A model generated the notes under the pieces. The model searched no databases and was not told the DNA's origin. It worked only from the letters and a program-made list of their open reading frames with translations. A stretch of 64,000 bases of DNA from positions 9,734,001-9,798,000 of the forward strand of contig NC_090415.1 in NCBI RefSeq assembly GCF_036365525.1, in the 5' to 3' direction. Of this stretch, positions 52,651 to 64,000 are shown in pieces. A program made the translations under genes and the position numbers. Positions within the stretch are counted from its first letter, which is position 1; each line of letters opens with the position of its first letter. Origin of the DNA: Heterodontus francisci (taxonomy: Eukaryota).

Positions 52651-53009
52651 TTGTGCTTCTCACAGACACAAACTGTCGCAGCAGTCAGATCGTCCAAACC
52701 CCTTTGCCGGCCCTTATCCATCTACATCAGTGACTTTCTGAGTCCCTCTTCCTCATCAACCATTTCTATTTTGCTAGTACGAACTCGTCTCTTTTTTCAC
52801 TCTACGTATAATTTTTCTATAGTTCCCTTCCTTATCAGGATGTAGAGCCCCTCTGCACTTCCGTCCATCAACAGGACCGAATCGTCCAGTTTAGTGGGTG
52901 TCAGAGTGGGGCAAATGCGAGCATTGAAGTGCAAGTCCTTATCTCCATGTAGCGTGCCAAATAAGTTTGGTCAGCTGCAGTCACAAGTAACCACATGAAA
53001 GATTTATAT

Positions 53010-53420
53010 GACAGCGCTTCTGATGTGTCTTCCTTTTTCCTCAACCGAGGATACCCTTGTCCTCACTTTCCATCCCATCAGCCACCACATCCAAAGAATC
53101 ATCCTCCGCCATTTCTGCCACCTCCAGCGAGATGCCACTACTAAATGCATCTTCCCCTCCCTTCCCCTGTCAGCATTCCAAAGGGATCATTCTCTCCGCA
53201 ACACCCTGGTCCACTCCTCCATTACCCCCACCACCTTATACCCTTCCCACGGCACCTTCCCCTGCAATCGCAAGAGGTGTAATACCTGCCCCTTTACCTC
53301 CTCTCTCCTCACAATCCCAGGCCCCAAACACTCCTTTTGAGTGAAGCAGCGATTTACTTGGACTTCTTTCAATATGGTATACTGTATTCGCTGCTCACAA
53401 TTTTGTCTCCGCTACATTGG
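53010..53420 (+). mobile_element. Penelope-like fragment (deleted copy of 604-1814)
   Basis: LVLTFHP..HGTFPCNRKRCNTCP; truncated at YIG by a deletion. Confidence 0.85.
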
Positions 53421-56400
53421 CCCTTTGGCCCATTGTGTCTCTGCCTCCCATCAAGCATGAATCTATTCGAATCACATTTTCCAGCACTTGGCCCATAGTC
53501 TTGTATGCTATGACGTTTCACGTGTTCATCTAAATCCTTCTCAAATGCTATGAGGGGTCCTGCCTCTACCAGCCCTTCAGGTAGTGTGTTCCAGATTCCA
53601 ACCACACTCTGCGTGAAATATTTTCTCCTCAAGTCCCCTCTAAACCTGCTGCCCATTACTTAAATCTATCTCCCCTGGTTGTTGATCCCTCCACTGAGAG
53701 AACGTTTTCTTCCTATCTATACTATCAATGTCCCATGTAATTTTGTATACCTCAATCAGTTCCCCCCTCAGCCTTCTCTGCTCCAAGGAAAACAACCCAA
53801 GCCTATCCAGTCTCTCTTCATAACTGAAATGCCACAGCCCAGGAAACATCCTGATGAATCTCCTCTGCACGCTCTCCATTGCAATCACGTCCTTCCTTTG
53901 GTGAGTTGACCAGAACTGTACACAGTACTCCAGCTGTGGCCTAACTAGCATTTCATTCAGCTCCCTCATAACCTCCCTGCTCTTATATTCTATGCCTCGG
54001 CTAATAAAGACAAGTATCCCATATGCCTTCCTAACCACCTTATCTCCCCGTGCTTCTGCCTTCAGTGATCTATGGACAAGTACACCAAGGTCCCTCAGAC
54101 CCTCTGTACATCTTAGGATCTGGCCATTCATTGTATATTCCCTTGCCTTGTTAGGCCTCCCAAAATGCATCACCTCATATTTTCGCACTTCTCTGGATTA
54201 AATTCCATTTGCCACTGCTCCACCCATCTTACCAGCCCATCTATATCATCCTGTAATCTAAGGCTTTCCTCCTCACCATTTCTGACACCAATCTTAATGT
54301 CATCTGTGAACTTACTGATCATATCTACTACATTCACATCTAAATCATTCATGTACACTACAAACAGCAATGGTCCCAGCATCGATCACTGTGGTACACC
54401 ACTGATCACAAACTTTACCTCACAAAAACAACGCTCGACCATCACCCTCTGCCTCCTGCCACTAAGCCAATTTTGTATCCAATTTACCAAATTGCCCTGG
54501 ATCCCATGGGCTCTTACCTTCTTAACCAATTGGCGGCACAGTGGCGCAGTGGTTAGCACCGCAGCCTCACAGCTCCAGCGACCCGGGTTCAATTCTGGGT
54601 ACTGCCTGTGTGGAGTTTGCAAGTTCTCCCTGTGTCTGTGTGGGTTTTCTCCGGGTGCTCCGGTTTCCTCCCACATGCCAAAGACTTGCAGGTTAATAGG
54701 TAAATTGGCCATTATAAATTGCCCCTAGTATAGGTAGGTGGTAGGGAAATATAGGGACAGGTGGGGATGTGGCAGAAATATGGGATTAGTGTAGGATTAG
54801 TATAAATGGGTGGTTGATGTTCGGCACAGACTCGGTGGGCCGAAGGGCCTGTTTCAGTGCTGTATCTCTAATCTAATCAATCTCCCATGTGGGACTTTAT
54901 CTAAAGCCTTACTGAAGTCCATGTAGATAACATCAACTGCCTTACCCTCATCGACACATCAAGTCATCTCCTCAAAAAATTCAATCAAGTTTGTTAGACA
55001 CGATTTTTTTTTCAAGTCACCTCCTCACTCTGCTTATTATTCTTATATATTTTTATTTAATTACCACCTCCCCTCCCCCCTCCCCTCCCCCCACCCCCCC
55101 TGACATTTTCTATACTCCTCTGGGGCCTCCGCTGTTTTCTGCCCTAAGCCTCTTTTTTTTTCCGTTATCCAATCCTCTATATCCCTTGACATCCAGGGTT
55201 CCCTGGATTTGTTCATCCTACGCTTCACCTTCATGGGAACATGTTGGCCCTGAATTCTCATTATTTCCTTTTTGAATGACTCCCACTAGTCTGATGTAGA
55301 CTTTCCTATAAGTAGCTTCTCGCAGTCCACTTTGGCCAAATCCTGTTTTATCATATTGAAATCGGTCTTCCCCAAATTGAGTACATTTATTTCTGGTCCC
55401 TCTTTGTCCTTTTCCATAACTACCTTAAATATTACTGAGTTATGGCCACTATCCTCGAAATGCTTCCCCACTGACACTCCTACCACTTGTCCGGCTTCAC
55501 TCCCTAGGATTTGGACGAGCACGGCTCCTTCTTTTATAGGACTTTCTACCTGCTGGCTCAAAAAGATCTCCTGTATGAACTGAAGAATTCTGCATCCTTT
55601 AAGCCATTTGCACTGAGACGATCCCAGTTGATATTGGGTAAGTTGAAATCCCCTACAATTATTACCCTATTATTTTTACAACTATCTGAGATTTGCCGAC
55701 ATATCTGCTCTTCTATCTCTCACTGACTGTTTGGAGGTCTGTAGTACACTCCCAGCCAAGTGATTGCCCCCTTTTTGTATTTATGTTCTACCCATATGGC
55801 CTCATTTGAGGAATGTTCGAAGATATCATCCCTCCTTATACAGTAATTGACTCCTTGATCAACTGTGCACTGCCACCTTCTATTTTATACACTCTCCTGT
55901 CATGCCTGAAGTTTCTAGACCCTGGAATATTGAGCTACCAGTCCTGCCCTTCCCTCAACCATGTCTCCGTGAAAACAATAATATCATATTCCCATGTGTT
56001 AATAAATGGCCTCAATTCATCTGCCTTACTAGTAAGATTCCTTGTGTTAAAATAGATGCAATCCAGCCTTGCATCGTTAGCTTCTGTGTTAACATGTCTG
56101 CCTTTTCTCTGCCTTCCAGACTGACTCAGTTTCTCTTCTAGATTTGACTGTGCATCAGCCCTTACTGTACATCCCCTCTATATCCCACCCCCTTGCCAAA
56201 TTAGTTTGCAACCACCACCCCCCCGCCCCCCACCCCCAAAAGCACGTGCAAACCTCCCAGCAAGGCTGTTGGTCCCGATCCAGTTCAGGTGCAATCTGTC
56301 CAACTTGTACAATTCCCACCTTGGCCAGAAACAGACCCAGTGATCCAGGAAATTAAAGCCCTCCCTCCTGCACTATCTCTTCAGCCACACATTCATCTGC

Positions 56401-56465
56401 TCTAGCCTCCTATTCCTATACTCACCTGCACGTGGCAGCGGGGGTAATCCAGCGATTACAACCTT
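53421..56465 (-). mobile_element. CR1 LINE, decayed (copy of 3094-5765)
   Basis: Same ORF fragments as 3066-5765. Confidence 0.9.
54531..54877 (+). mobile_element. tRNA-derived SINE, full length, copy-specific
   Basis: Inserted at CAAT; absent at the paralogous site ~4190. Confidence 0.92.
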
Positions 56466-57337
56466 TGCGGACCCCTTTTCTTTAATCTGCTACCTTGCTT
56501 TTGAAGTTCATGTTGCATGACCTCATCCCTCTTTGTACCTGTCAGTTTCTGGTATGGAATAAAGATCTTTACTCTGTACCTGCTAGTTGCTGGCAAGTGA
56601 TTGTGGCATCAATTTATATCTGTCAGAGTGTGATGTTACTTCAGATTTTACTCTTCAGCTGTCAGTTTCTGACATGTGAATATGGATTTTCCTCATTCTG
56701 GTCACTTACTGCAATGTCAGTCACTCCTTTATTCTGTGCCTGTCAGTTTCAGGTCTGGAAGAAAGATTTTTTTCATTACCTTTTATAATCTGGCAAGTGA
56801 ATGTGAGATCACCCTGTATCTGTCAGTTTGTGACATATTACTGTGACTTTTACTCTTCACTTGTCAGTTTCTGATACGTGAATGTGTATTTTATTCTGGG
56901 TACCTGTCAGATACTAAAATGCATGTATTCTATTCTGTTCTTGTTTGTTACTTGTAATTAATTGGAGTGTTTACTCTTGATCTGTCAGTCTCTGGAATGT
57001 GAATGTGGCTCTTACTCTGTGTCTGTCTGTGGTGGATTTGCCAGCAAGTGTTTTTCTTTGCCTTTCTGTTCCTGATATGTGAATGTGAATTTTACTCTGT
57101 ACCTCTCAGTTACTGGTATGTGATCATGGTTTTATTCTGTCTCCACGAGCCTATGATTAATGATTGCAGCTTGTGTCCAAGGCATGTCAGTATCTTGTTT
57201 ACACATGCCCATTCTTATGTGCATGTTGCTTTATGGGAAATGACTATAGGATTTAATCTTTTTTCTGCCATATTACTTCTATGGCTCCAAGGGCTGGTCA
57301 GAGACTGGGAATTCTATGATGAGCAACTCATGTCCTA

Positions 57338-57600
57338 ACTTAGTTTAGTTCAGAGATACAGCACTGAAACAGGCCCTTCGGCCCACCGAGTCTGTGCCAA
57401 CCATCAACCACCCATTTATACTAATCCTACACTAATTCCATGTTCCTACCACATCCCCACCTGTCCCTATATTTCCCTACCACCTACCTATACTAGGGGC
57501 AATTTATAATGGCCAATTTACCTATCAACCTGCAAGTCATTAGCATGTGGGAGGAAACCAGAGCACCCGGAGAAAACCCACGCAGACACAGGGAGAACTT
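57338..57600 (-). mobile_element. tRNA-derived SINE, 5'-truncated
   Basis: Tail and core match the other copies. Confidence 0.88.
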
Positions 57601-58440
57601 CCCAAAGTCTTTCCACCACCTACAAGCCACATGTCAGAATTCTGATGGATTACTCTCCACTTGCTTGGTTGAATGCAGCTCTAAAAACACTGAAGAAGTT
57701 TGATACCATCCAGGACAAATCAGCAGCCTTGATTATCTTACCATTCACCAGGTTATGCATTTACTCCCTCCACCCACCAGTGCACAGTGTATCCCATCTA
57801 AAAGATGTACTGCATCAACCTGAGGAAGTACCGTACAACAGCACCTTCCAAACCCATGACATCTGCTACTGACTGGAACATGGGCAGCAAGCTTATGAGA
57901 ACATTACCACCTGCAATTTCATCTCTAGTTTGCACAACATCCTGACTTCAAAAATATAACACCATTCCTTCATCATCACTCAGCCCAAATTCTGGAACTC
58001 CCACTTTTATGAATGACATTCATTCTGTAGCTGTTCATCAATGGTACAGTCTGAGTGTAGAACTTATTCTGCATCTGCCACTCTGAAAGGCAGGATCTGT
58101 TTGTTTATATTTAAGGAACAATGAAGGATCTCTTACACACCTAGATCTGTCTAAATATCTGTCCCTCTTTGTATGGTATGTGTGTGAGGGATTTGTTCTT
58201 TATCTCAGAATGTGGAATGTGACTATATTTATCTCTGTCACTTACTGATAAGTGCATGTGCACTTTTCACTCTACCTGCCAGCTTCTGATGTGAGTGGAT
58301 TTTTTAATGCACCTGTCATTTACTGATGAATTGAACGGTGGTTTTGGTTTGAATCGCTCACTTTCTGTTTACATGAATATGAGTATTCCTTCGTACTTGT
58401 CAATTACTGGTATTGAAGTAAGATCTTTAAACTGCACCTC

Positions 58441-58680
58441 ATACAAAGCAAAATGCTGTTAATGCTGGAATTTGGAAATAAAAGCAGAAAATTCTGTAAA
58501 TACACAGCAGCACTGCCAGCATCTGTGGAGACAGAAACAGAGTTAGCCTTTCAGGTCAATGACCTTTCATCAGAAAGGTCTGTCCTGATCAAAGGTCATT
58601 GACCTGAAATGTGAACTGAATTTCTCTCTCCACAGGTGCTGCCAGACTTTCAGAGTATTTCCAGCATTTTCCATTTTCAT
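58441..58680. mobile_element. Palindromic PLE-terminus element (copy of 6660-6890)
   Basis: Same inverted arms and hammerhead-like boxes. Confidence 0.8.
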
Positions 58681-59559
58681 TTGCACTGTACATGGAGATG
58701 TACATGTTCTGGCAAGTGAATGTGGGATCAATAGTTAACCTTTCAGTTCTGATATGCAAATGAGGGTTTTACCCAGCATGTTGTCAGTTCCTGCAGTGCA
58801 ATTATCTGATTTATTCTGTAACTTTATGATTGTGGTAATTGATTGTGGGTTTGACTCTACATCTACCAGTCTCTGTAATGTGAATGTGGCTATTACTCTA
58901 TATTTATCTGTGCACAATTTGTGAGTGTTTGTTTTCCTCTCTGTGTCTGTTTCTGACATGTAAATGTGGATTTTGCTATGTACCTCAGTTACTTTATGTG
59001 TATGTGCTTTATTCTGTTTCTGTCCATCTGTGGTGAGCTTCACATTTTCCCTGTACCTATCAGCATCACACTTCTTTGTATGGCCATTATTCTGCACTTG
59101 TTGGTTTATGGTAGTGCTTGAATTACTCTTTCCCTCTCAGTCTCTGATATGCTACTATAGATTTTCCTCTTCACTTGTCAGATTCCACTCTGTGATAATG
59201 TTGTTTCTCTGTCTGTCTGCGTCTGGTATGCTATTGTAAGATTTACTGTGTGCCCATCAGCTTCTGGTATTTAATTATGAAGTTCACATTGTAACATTCA
59301 ATTTGATCTGTGTGAATCTGCTTCTGCCTTGAACTGACAGTTTCTATTCTGTGAGTGTACATTTACAAGTGCACTTGTTAATTTCTGCTAAATAACTGTT
59401 TGTTTTACTCTGTGCATGTCAGTTGCTGCAATGGGAAGTTGGGAAAGGTTTTTAATTCTGAAAATGGCAATTACTGATAAGTAAATGTGGGTTTTACTCG
59501 GTAACTCTCATTCTCTGGTATATGAGTTTGTGTCTTTTTATTCTGGTTAGCTGTCACAC

Positions 59560-62500
59560 TCACTTCTCTGAAGTAAACATCTTATGAACCGTCTCCAACA
59601 CATTTACTTCCTTTATTAAATAAGGAGACCAAAACTGCACACAGTAATCTAGATGTGGTCTCACCAATGCCCTGTATAACTGAAGTATAACGTGATTATT
59701 TTCATTTTCAATTCCTCATGTAATACTGGATAACATTCCATTTGCCTTCCTTCTGTCTTGCTGTAACTGCACACTAACTTTTTTGACTCATGCACTAGAA
59801 CACCTAGATCCCTCTCCAGAATTCTGCAGTCGCTCAGCACTGAAATATTTTTAAATCTTCCTGACAAAGTGAACAACTTCCCATTTTCTCACATTGTACA
59901 TCATCTGCCAGATTTCTGCCCACTCACTCAACTTACATATATCAGTCTTCAACTTCCTTATGTCCTCTTCACAACATACATTCCTACCTATCTTTGTTTC
60001 ATCTGCAAATTTAGCTGCCATGTCATCGCTCCCCTTATTTAAGTTATTGATATAAGTTGTAAAAAGTTGAGGGCCCAGCACACGTCACATCCTGCCAATC
60101 AGAATATGACCCATTTCTGCATTCTCTGTGTCCTGCCAGCCAGTCAATCTTCTATCCATGCCAAAATGTTACCCATGAGCTCCTACTTTGCACAACAACC
60201 GTTTATGTGGCACCTTGTCAAATGCCTTCTGGAAATCCAAGTACTGTCTGTCAACCGGGTTCTCCTTTATCCACAGTGCATGTTAGTCCTTCAAGGAACT
60301 TCAATAAATAGGTTAAACATGATTTCCCCTTCACAAAACCATGCTGACTATTCCTGATGACCTTATGTTTCTCAAAATACCCAGCTATAGCCTCCTCATT
60401 GATCAATTCTACCACCTTCCTCATGACAGGGGTCAAGCTAACTGGCCTATAGTTAATGTTAACTCTGCATCTCTCTCCACAGATGCTGCCAGACCTGCTG
60501 AGTATTTCCAGCATTTCTTGTTTTTGTTTCAAATTTCCAGCATCTGCAGTATTTTGCTTTTATATTACTATAGTTACCCTTTCTCTGCCTCCATACCTTC
60601 TCAAATAGAGGGATTATATTTTCTACTTTCCAGTCTGATGTCATCTTTCCAGAATCTTACGAATTTTGAAAAATTAACACCACCAAATCTATTACTTCCG
60701 TAGCCACCATTTTGAAACTCCTAGGATGAAGCCCATCGGGATCTGTGGACTTGTCAGTCCGTTGCTCCATCACTTTACTCAGTACCACTTCCCTGGTGAT
60801 TGTAATTTCAACAAGTTCCTCTCTTCCATCCACCTCCTGATTTACAGCTATGATGGGAATGTTTTTTGTATTTGCTACAGTGAAGAAAGAAGCATTTTTT
60901 AATGTACATTTCTTCTGTCATTTCCTTATTCTCAACCTTTAACTCCTAATTTTCATTCTCTAGAGGACCCACACTCAATTTACTTGCACTTTTCCTTTTC
61001 TAATACCTGTGGAAACTCTTGCTATCCGTTTTTAGATTTCTAGCTAGCTTAAACCCATGCTCTAATTTATTTTTTTCCTGATTAACCTTTTAGTCATTCT
61101 CTGCCATTCTATATATTATGACCAATCATCTGACCTGCCACTCATCTTTGCTCAATTATATGCTTTTTCATTCAGGTTGATGCCTTCCTTAACTTCTTTA
61201 ATCAACCATGGATGGGGGATCCTCCCCTTGGAATTTTTCTTTATAGTAGGGATATCCTTATTTTGAGTATTCTGAAATATCCACTTAAATGTCTGCCACT
61301 GCTTCTCTATTGAACTATCTCAAAGAACAAAGAACAAAGAAAATTACAGCACAGGAACAGGCCCTTCGGCCCTCCAAGCCTACGCCGATCCAAATCCTCT
61401 ATCTAAACCTGTCGCCTATTCTCTAAGGGTCTGTATCTCTTTACTTCCTGCCCGTTCATGTATCTGTCTAGATACATCTTAAAAGACGCTATCGTGCCCG
61501 CGTCGACCACCTCTGCTGGCAATGCGTTCCATGCACCCACCACCCTCTGCGTAAAGAACTTTCCAAGCATATCCCCCCTAAACTTTTCCCCTTTCACTTT
61601 GAACTCATGTCCCCTTGTAATTGAATCCCCCACTCTGGGGAAAAAGCTTATTGCTATCCACCCTGTCTATACCTCTCATGATTTTGTACACCTCAATCAG
61701 GTCCCCCCTCAACCTCCGTCTTTCTAATGAAAATAATCCTAATCTACTCAACCTCTATTCATAGCTAGCGCCCTCTATACCAGGCAACATCCTGGTGAAC
61801 CTCCTCTGCACCCTCTCCAAAGCATCCACATCCTTTTGGTAATGTGGCGACCAGAACTGCACGCGGTATTCCAAATGTGGCCGAACCAAAGTCCTATACA
61901 ACTGTTACATGACCTGCCAACTTTTGTACTTAATACCCCGTCCGATGAAGGAAAGCATGCCGTGTGCCTTCTTGACCAGTCTATTGACCTGCGTTGCCAC
62001 CTTCAGGGAACAATGGACCTGAACACCCAAATCTCTCTGCACATCAATTATCCCCAGGACTTTTCCATTTACTGTACAGTTTATTCTTGAATTGGATCTT
62101 CCAAAATGCATCACCTCGCATTTGCCCTGATTGAACTCCATCTGCCATTTCTCTGCCCAACTCTCCAGTCTATCTATATTGTGCTGTATTCTCTGACAGT
62201 CCCCTTCACTATCTGCTACTCCACCAATCTTAGTGTCGTCTGCAAACTTGCTAATCAGACCTCCTATACTTTCCTCCAAATCATTTATGTATATCACAAA
62301 CAACAATGGTCCCAGCACGGATCCCTGTGGAACACCACTGGTCACACATCTCCATTTTGAGAAACTGCCTTCCACTGCTACTCTCTGTCTCCTGTTGCCC
62401 AGCCAGTTCTTTATCCATCTAGCTAGTACACCTTGGACCCCATGCGCCTTCACTTTCTCCATCAGCCTACCATGGGGAACCTTATCAAACGCCTTACTGA

Positions 62501-64000
62501 AGTCCATGTATACGACATCTACAGCCCTTCCCTCATCAATCAACTTTGTCACTTCCTCAAAGAATTCTATTAAGTTGGTAAGACATGACCTTCCCTGCAC
62601 AAAACCATGTTGCCTATCACTGATAAGCCCATTTTCTTCCAGATGGGAATAGATCCTATCCCTCAGTATCTTCTCCAGCAGCTTTCCTACCACTGACGTC
62701 AGGCTCACTGGTCTATAATTACCTGGATTATCCCTGCTACCCTTCTTAAACAAGGGGACAACATTAGCAATTCTCCAGTCCTCTGGGACCTCACCCGTGT
62801 TTAAGGATGTTGCAAAGATATCTGTTAAGGCCCCAACTATTTCCTCTCTCGCTTCCCACAGCAACCTGTGATAGATCCCATCCGGACCTGGGGACTTGTC
62901 CACCTTAATGCCTTTTAGAATACCCAACATTTCCTCCCTCCTTGTGCCGACTTGACCGAGAGTAATCAAACATCTGTCCCTAACCTCAACATCCGTCATG
63001 TCCCTCTCCTCGGTGAATACCGATGCAAAGTACTCGTTTAGAATCTCACCCATTTTCTCTGACTCCACGCATAACTTTCCTCCTTTGTCCTTGAGTGGGC
63101 CAATCCTTTCTCTAGTTACCCTCTTGCTCCTTCTATATGAATAAAAGGCTTTGGGATTTTCCTTAACCCTGTTTGCTAAAGATATTTCATGACCCCTTTT
63201 AGCCCTCTTAATTCCTCGTTTCAGATTGCGCCTACAATCCCGATATTCTTTCAAAGCTTCGTCTTTCTTCAGCCGCCTAGACCTTATGTATGCTTCCTTT
63301 TTCCTCTTCGCTAGTCTCACAATTTCACCTGTCATCCATGGTTCCCTAATCTTGCCATTTCTATCCCTCATTTTCACAGGAACATGTCTCTCCTGCATGC
63401 TAATCAACCTCTCTTTAAAAGTCTCCCACATATCAAATGTGGATTTACCTTCAAACAGCTGCTCCCAATCTACATTCCCCAGCTCCTGCCGAATTTTGGT
63501 GTAGTTGGCCTTCCCCCAATTTAGCACTCTTCCTTTAGGACCACTCTCGTCTCCTGGCCCAGTAACCCAGTTCACTTCAGCCAGCTCAGCTTTCGTGCCC
63601 ACATATCTGCCCTTATTTAAGTTTAAAATACTAGTCTTACATCCACTTCTCTCATTTTCAAACTGGATGCAAACCTCAATCATATTGTGATCATTGCTAC
63701 CAAGAGGTGCATATACTCTGAGGTCATTAATTAATCCTGTCAAATTACACAGTACCAAGTCTAATATAACCTGCTCACTGGATGGTTCTAGAAGATACTG
63801 CTCAAAGAAACTACTTCGAAAGCATTCTATGAACTCCTTATACCGGCTTCTGTTACCAATCTGATTTTTTCCAGTTTTTATGAAGATTAAAATCACCCAT
63901 GATTATTTCCATCCCTTTATCACAAGCACCCATTAGTTATTCTTGTAGACTTCATCCTACATTGTGATTACTGTCTGCGGGCCTGTAGACTACTCCCACG
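59560..64000 (-). mobile_element. CR1 LINE, decayed (copy of 7770-9960), split by a younger CR1
   Basis: Colinear with 7770-9960 over 59560-61321 and 63550-64000. Confidence 0.88.
61322..63549 (-). mobile_element. Young 5'-truncated CR1 LINE with an intact RT core
   Basis: Open frame with KSPGPDGI, GNYRPVSLTS, QHGF, DFSKAFDKVPH, GVPQGSVLGP, KFADDTK; stop at 61905; (TTCTTTG)n tail; flanked by TCTC; absent at paralogous site ~9511. Confidence 0.95.

Larger units (their letters stand above)
56530..59545 (+). repeat. Degenerate ~41-bp satellite block with inserts (copy of 5830-7765)
   Basis: Colinear with 5830-7765; extra ~1.1 kb at ~57160-58245. Confidence 0.75.
52406..64000 (+). repeat. Segmental/tandem duplicate of 1-9960
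   Basis: Colinear high identity from AACTTTCTTGGCGCCC (1 / 52406) to CTACTCCCAC (9960 / 63999), apart from copy-specific indels. Confidence 0.95.

Noticed and set aside
54531-54605. tRNA genes at SINE heads
   Set aside because: The tRNA-like heads are continuous with SINE core and tail and do not form a full cloverleaf.
61905-63896. Domesticated RT gene or active LINE
   Set aside because: Chimera of two CR1 copies with a premature stop, no ORF1 and a broken endonuclease.

Overview
Eukaryotic genomic DNA, most likely a cartilaginous fish (inferred from HE1/V-SINE-type tRNA SINEs with CR1 tails and the divergent H2B N-terminus). It is part of a replication-dependent histone gene array. The window holds one complete quintet (H1> H4> H3> <H2A <H2B, 25385-30527), a truncated second cluster (<H2A <H2B, 50691-52459, preceded by an H3 3' UTR remnant and an inverted H2B fragment), and the 5' end of a third H2B at the window start. 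All complete genes are intronless and carry the 16-nt 3' stem-loop. The spacers are built from decayed CR1/L2 LINEs, about 10 tRNA-derived SINEs, a degenerate ~41-bp satellite, a Penelope-like (GIY-YIG) element and short derivatives of its terminus, a tRNA-Gly pseudogene and an LTR-like segment. Positions 1-9960 recur at 52406-64000, defining a ~52.4-kb unit that itself contains two older diverged subunits. The most interesting signals are (i) a family of short Penelope-terminus elements carrying minimal hammerhead ribozyme motifs, occurring as solo insertions, back-to-back palindromes and one complex inverted duplication, and (ii) a repeated orphan module (NRF1-motif promoter, conserved unique block, satellite) that co-duplicates with the histone genes. 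All alignments were done by eye; transposon boundaries are approximate.
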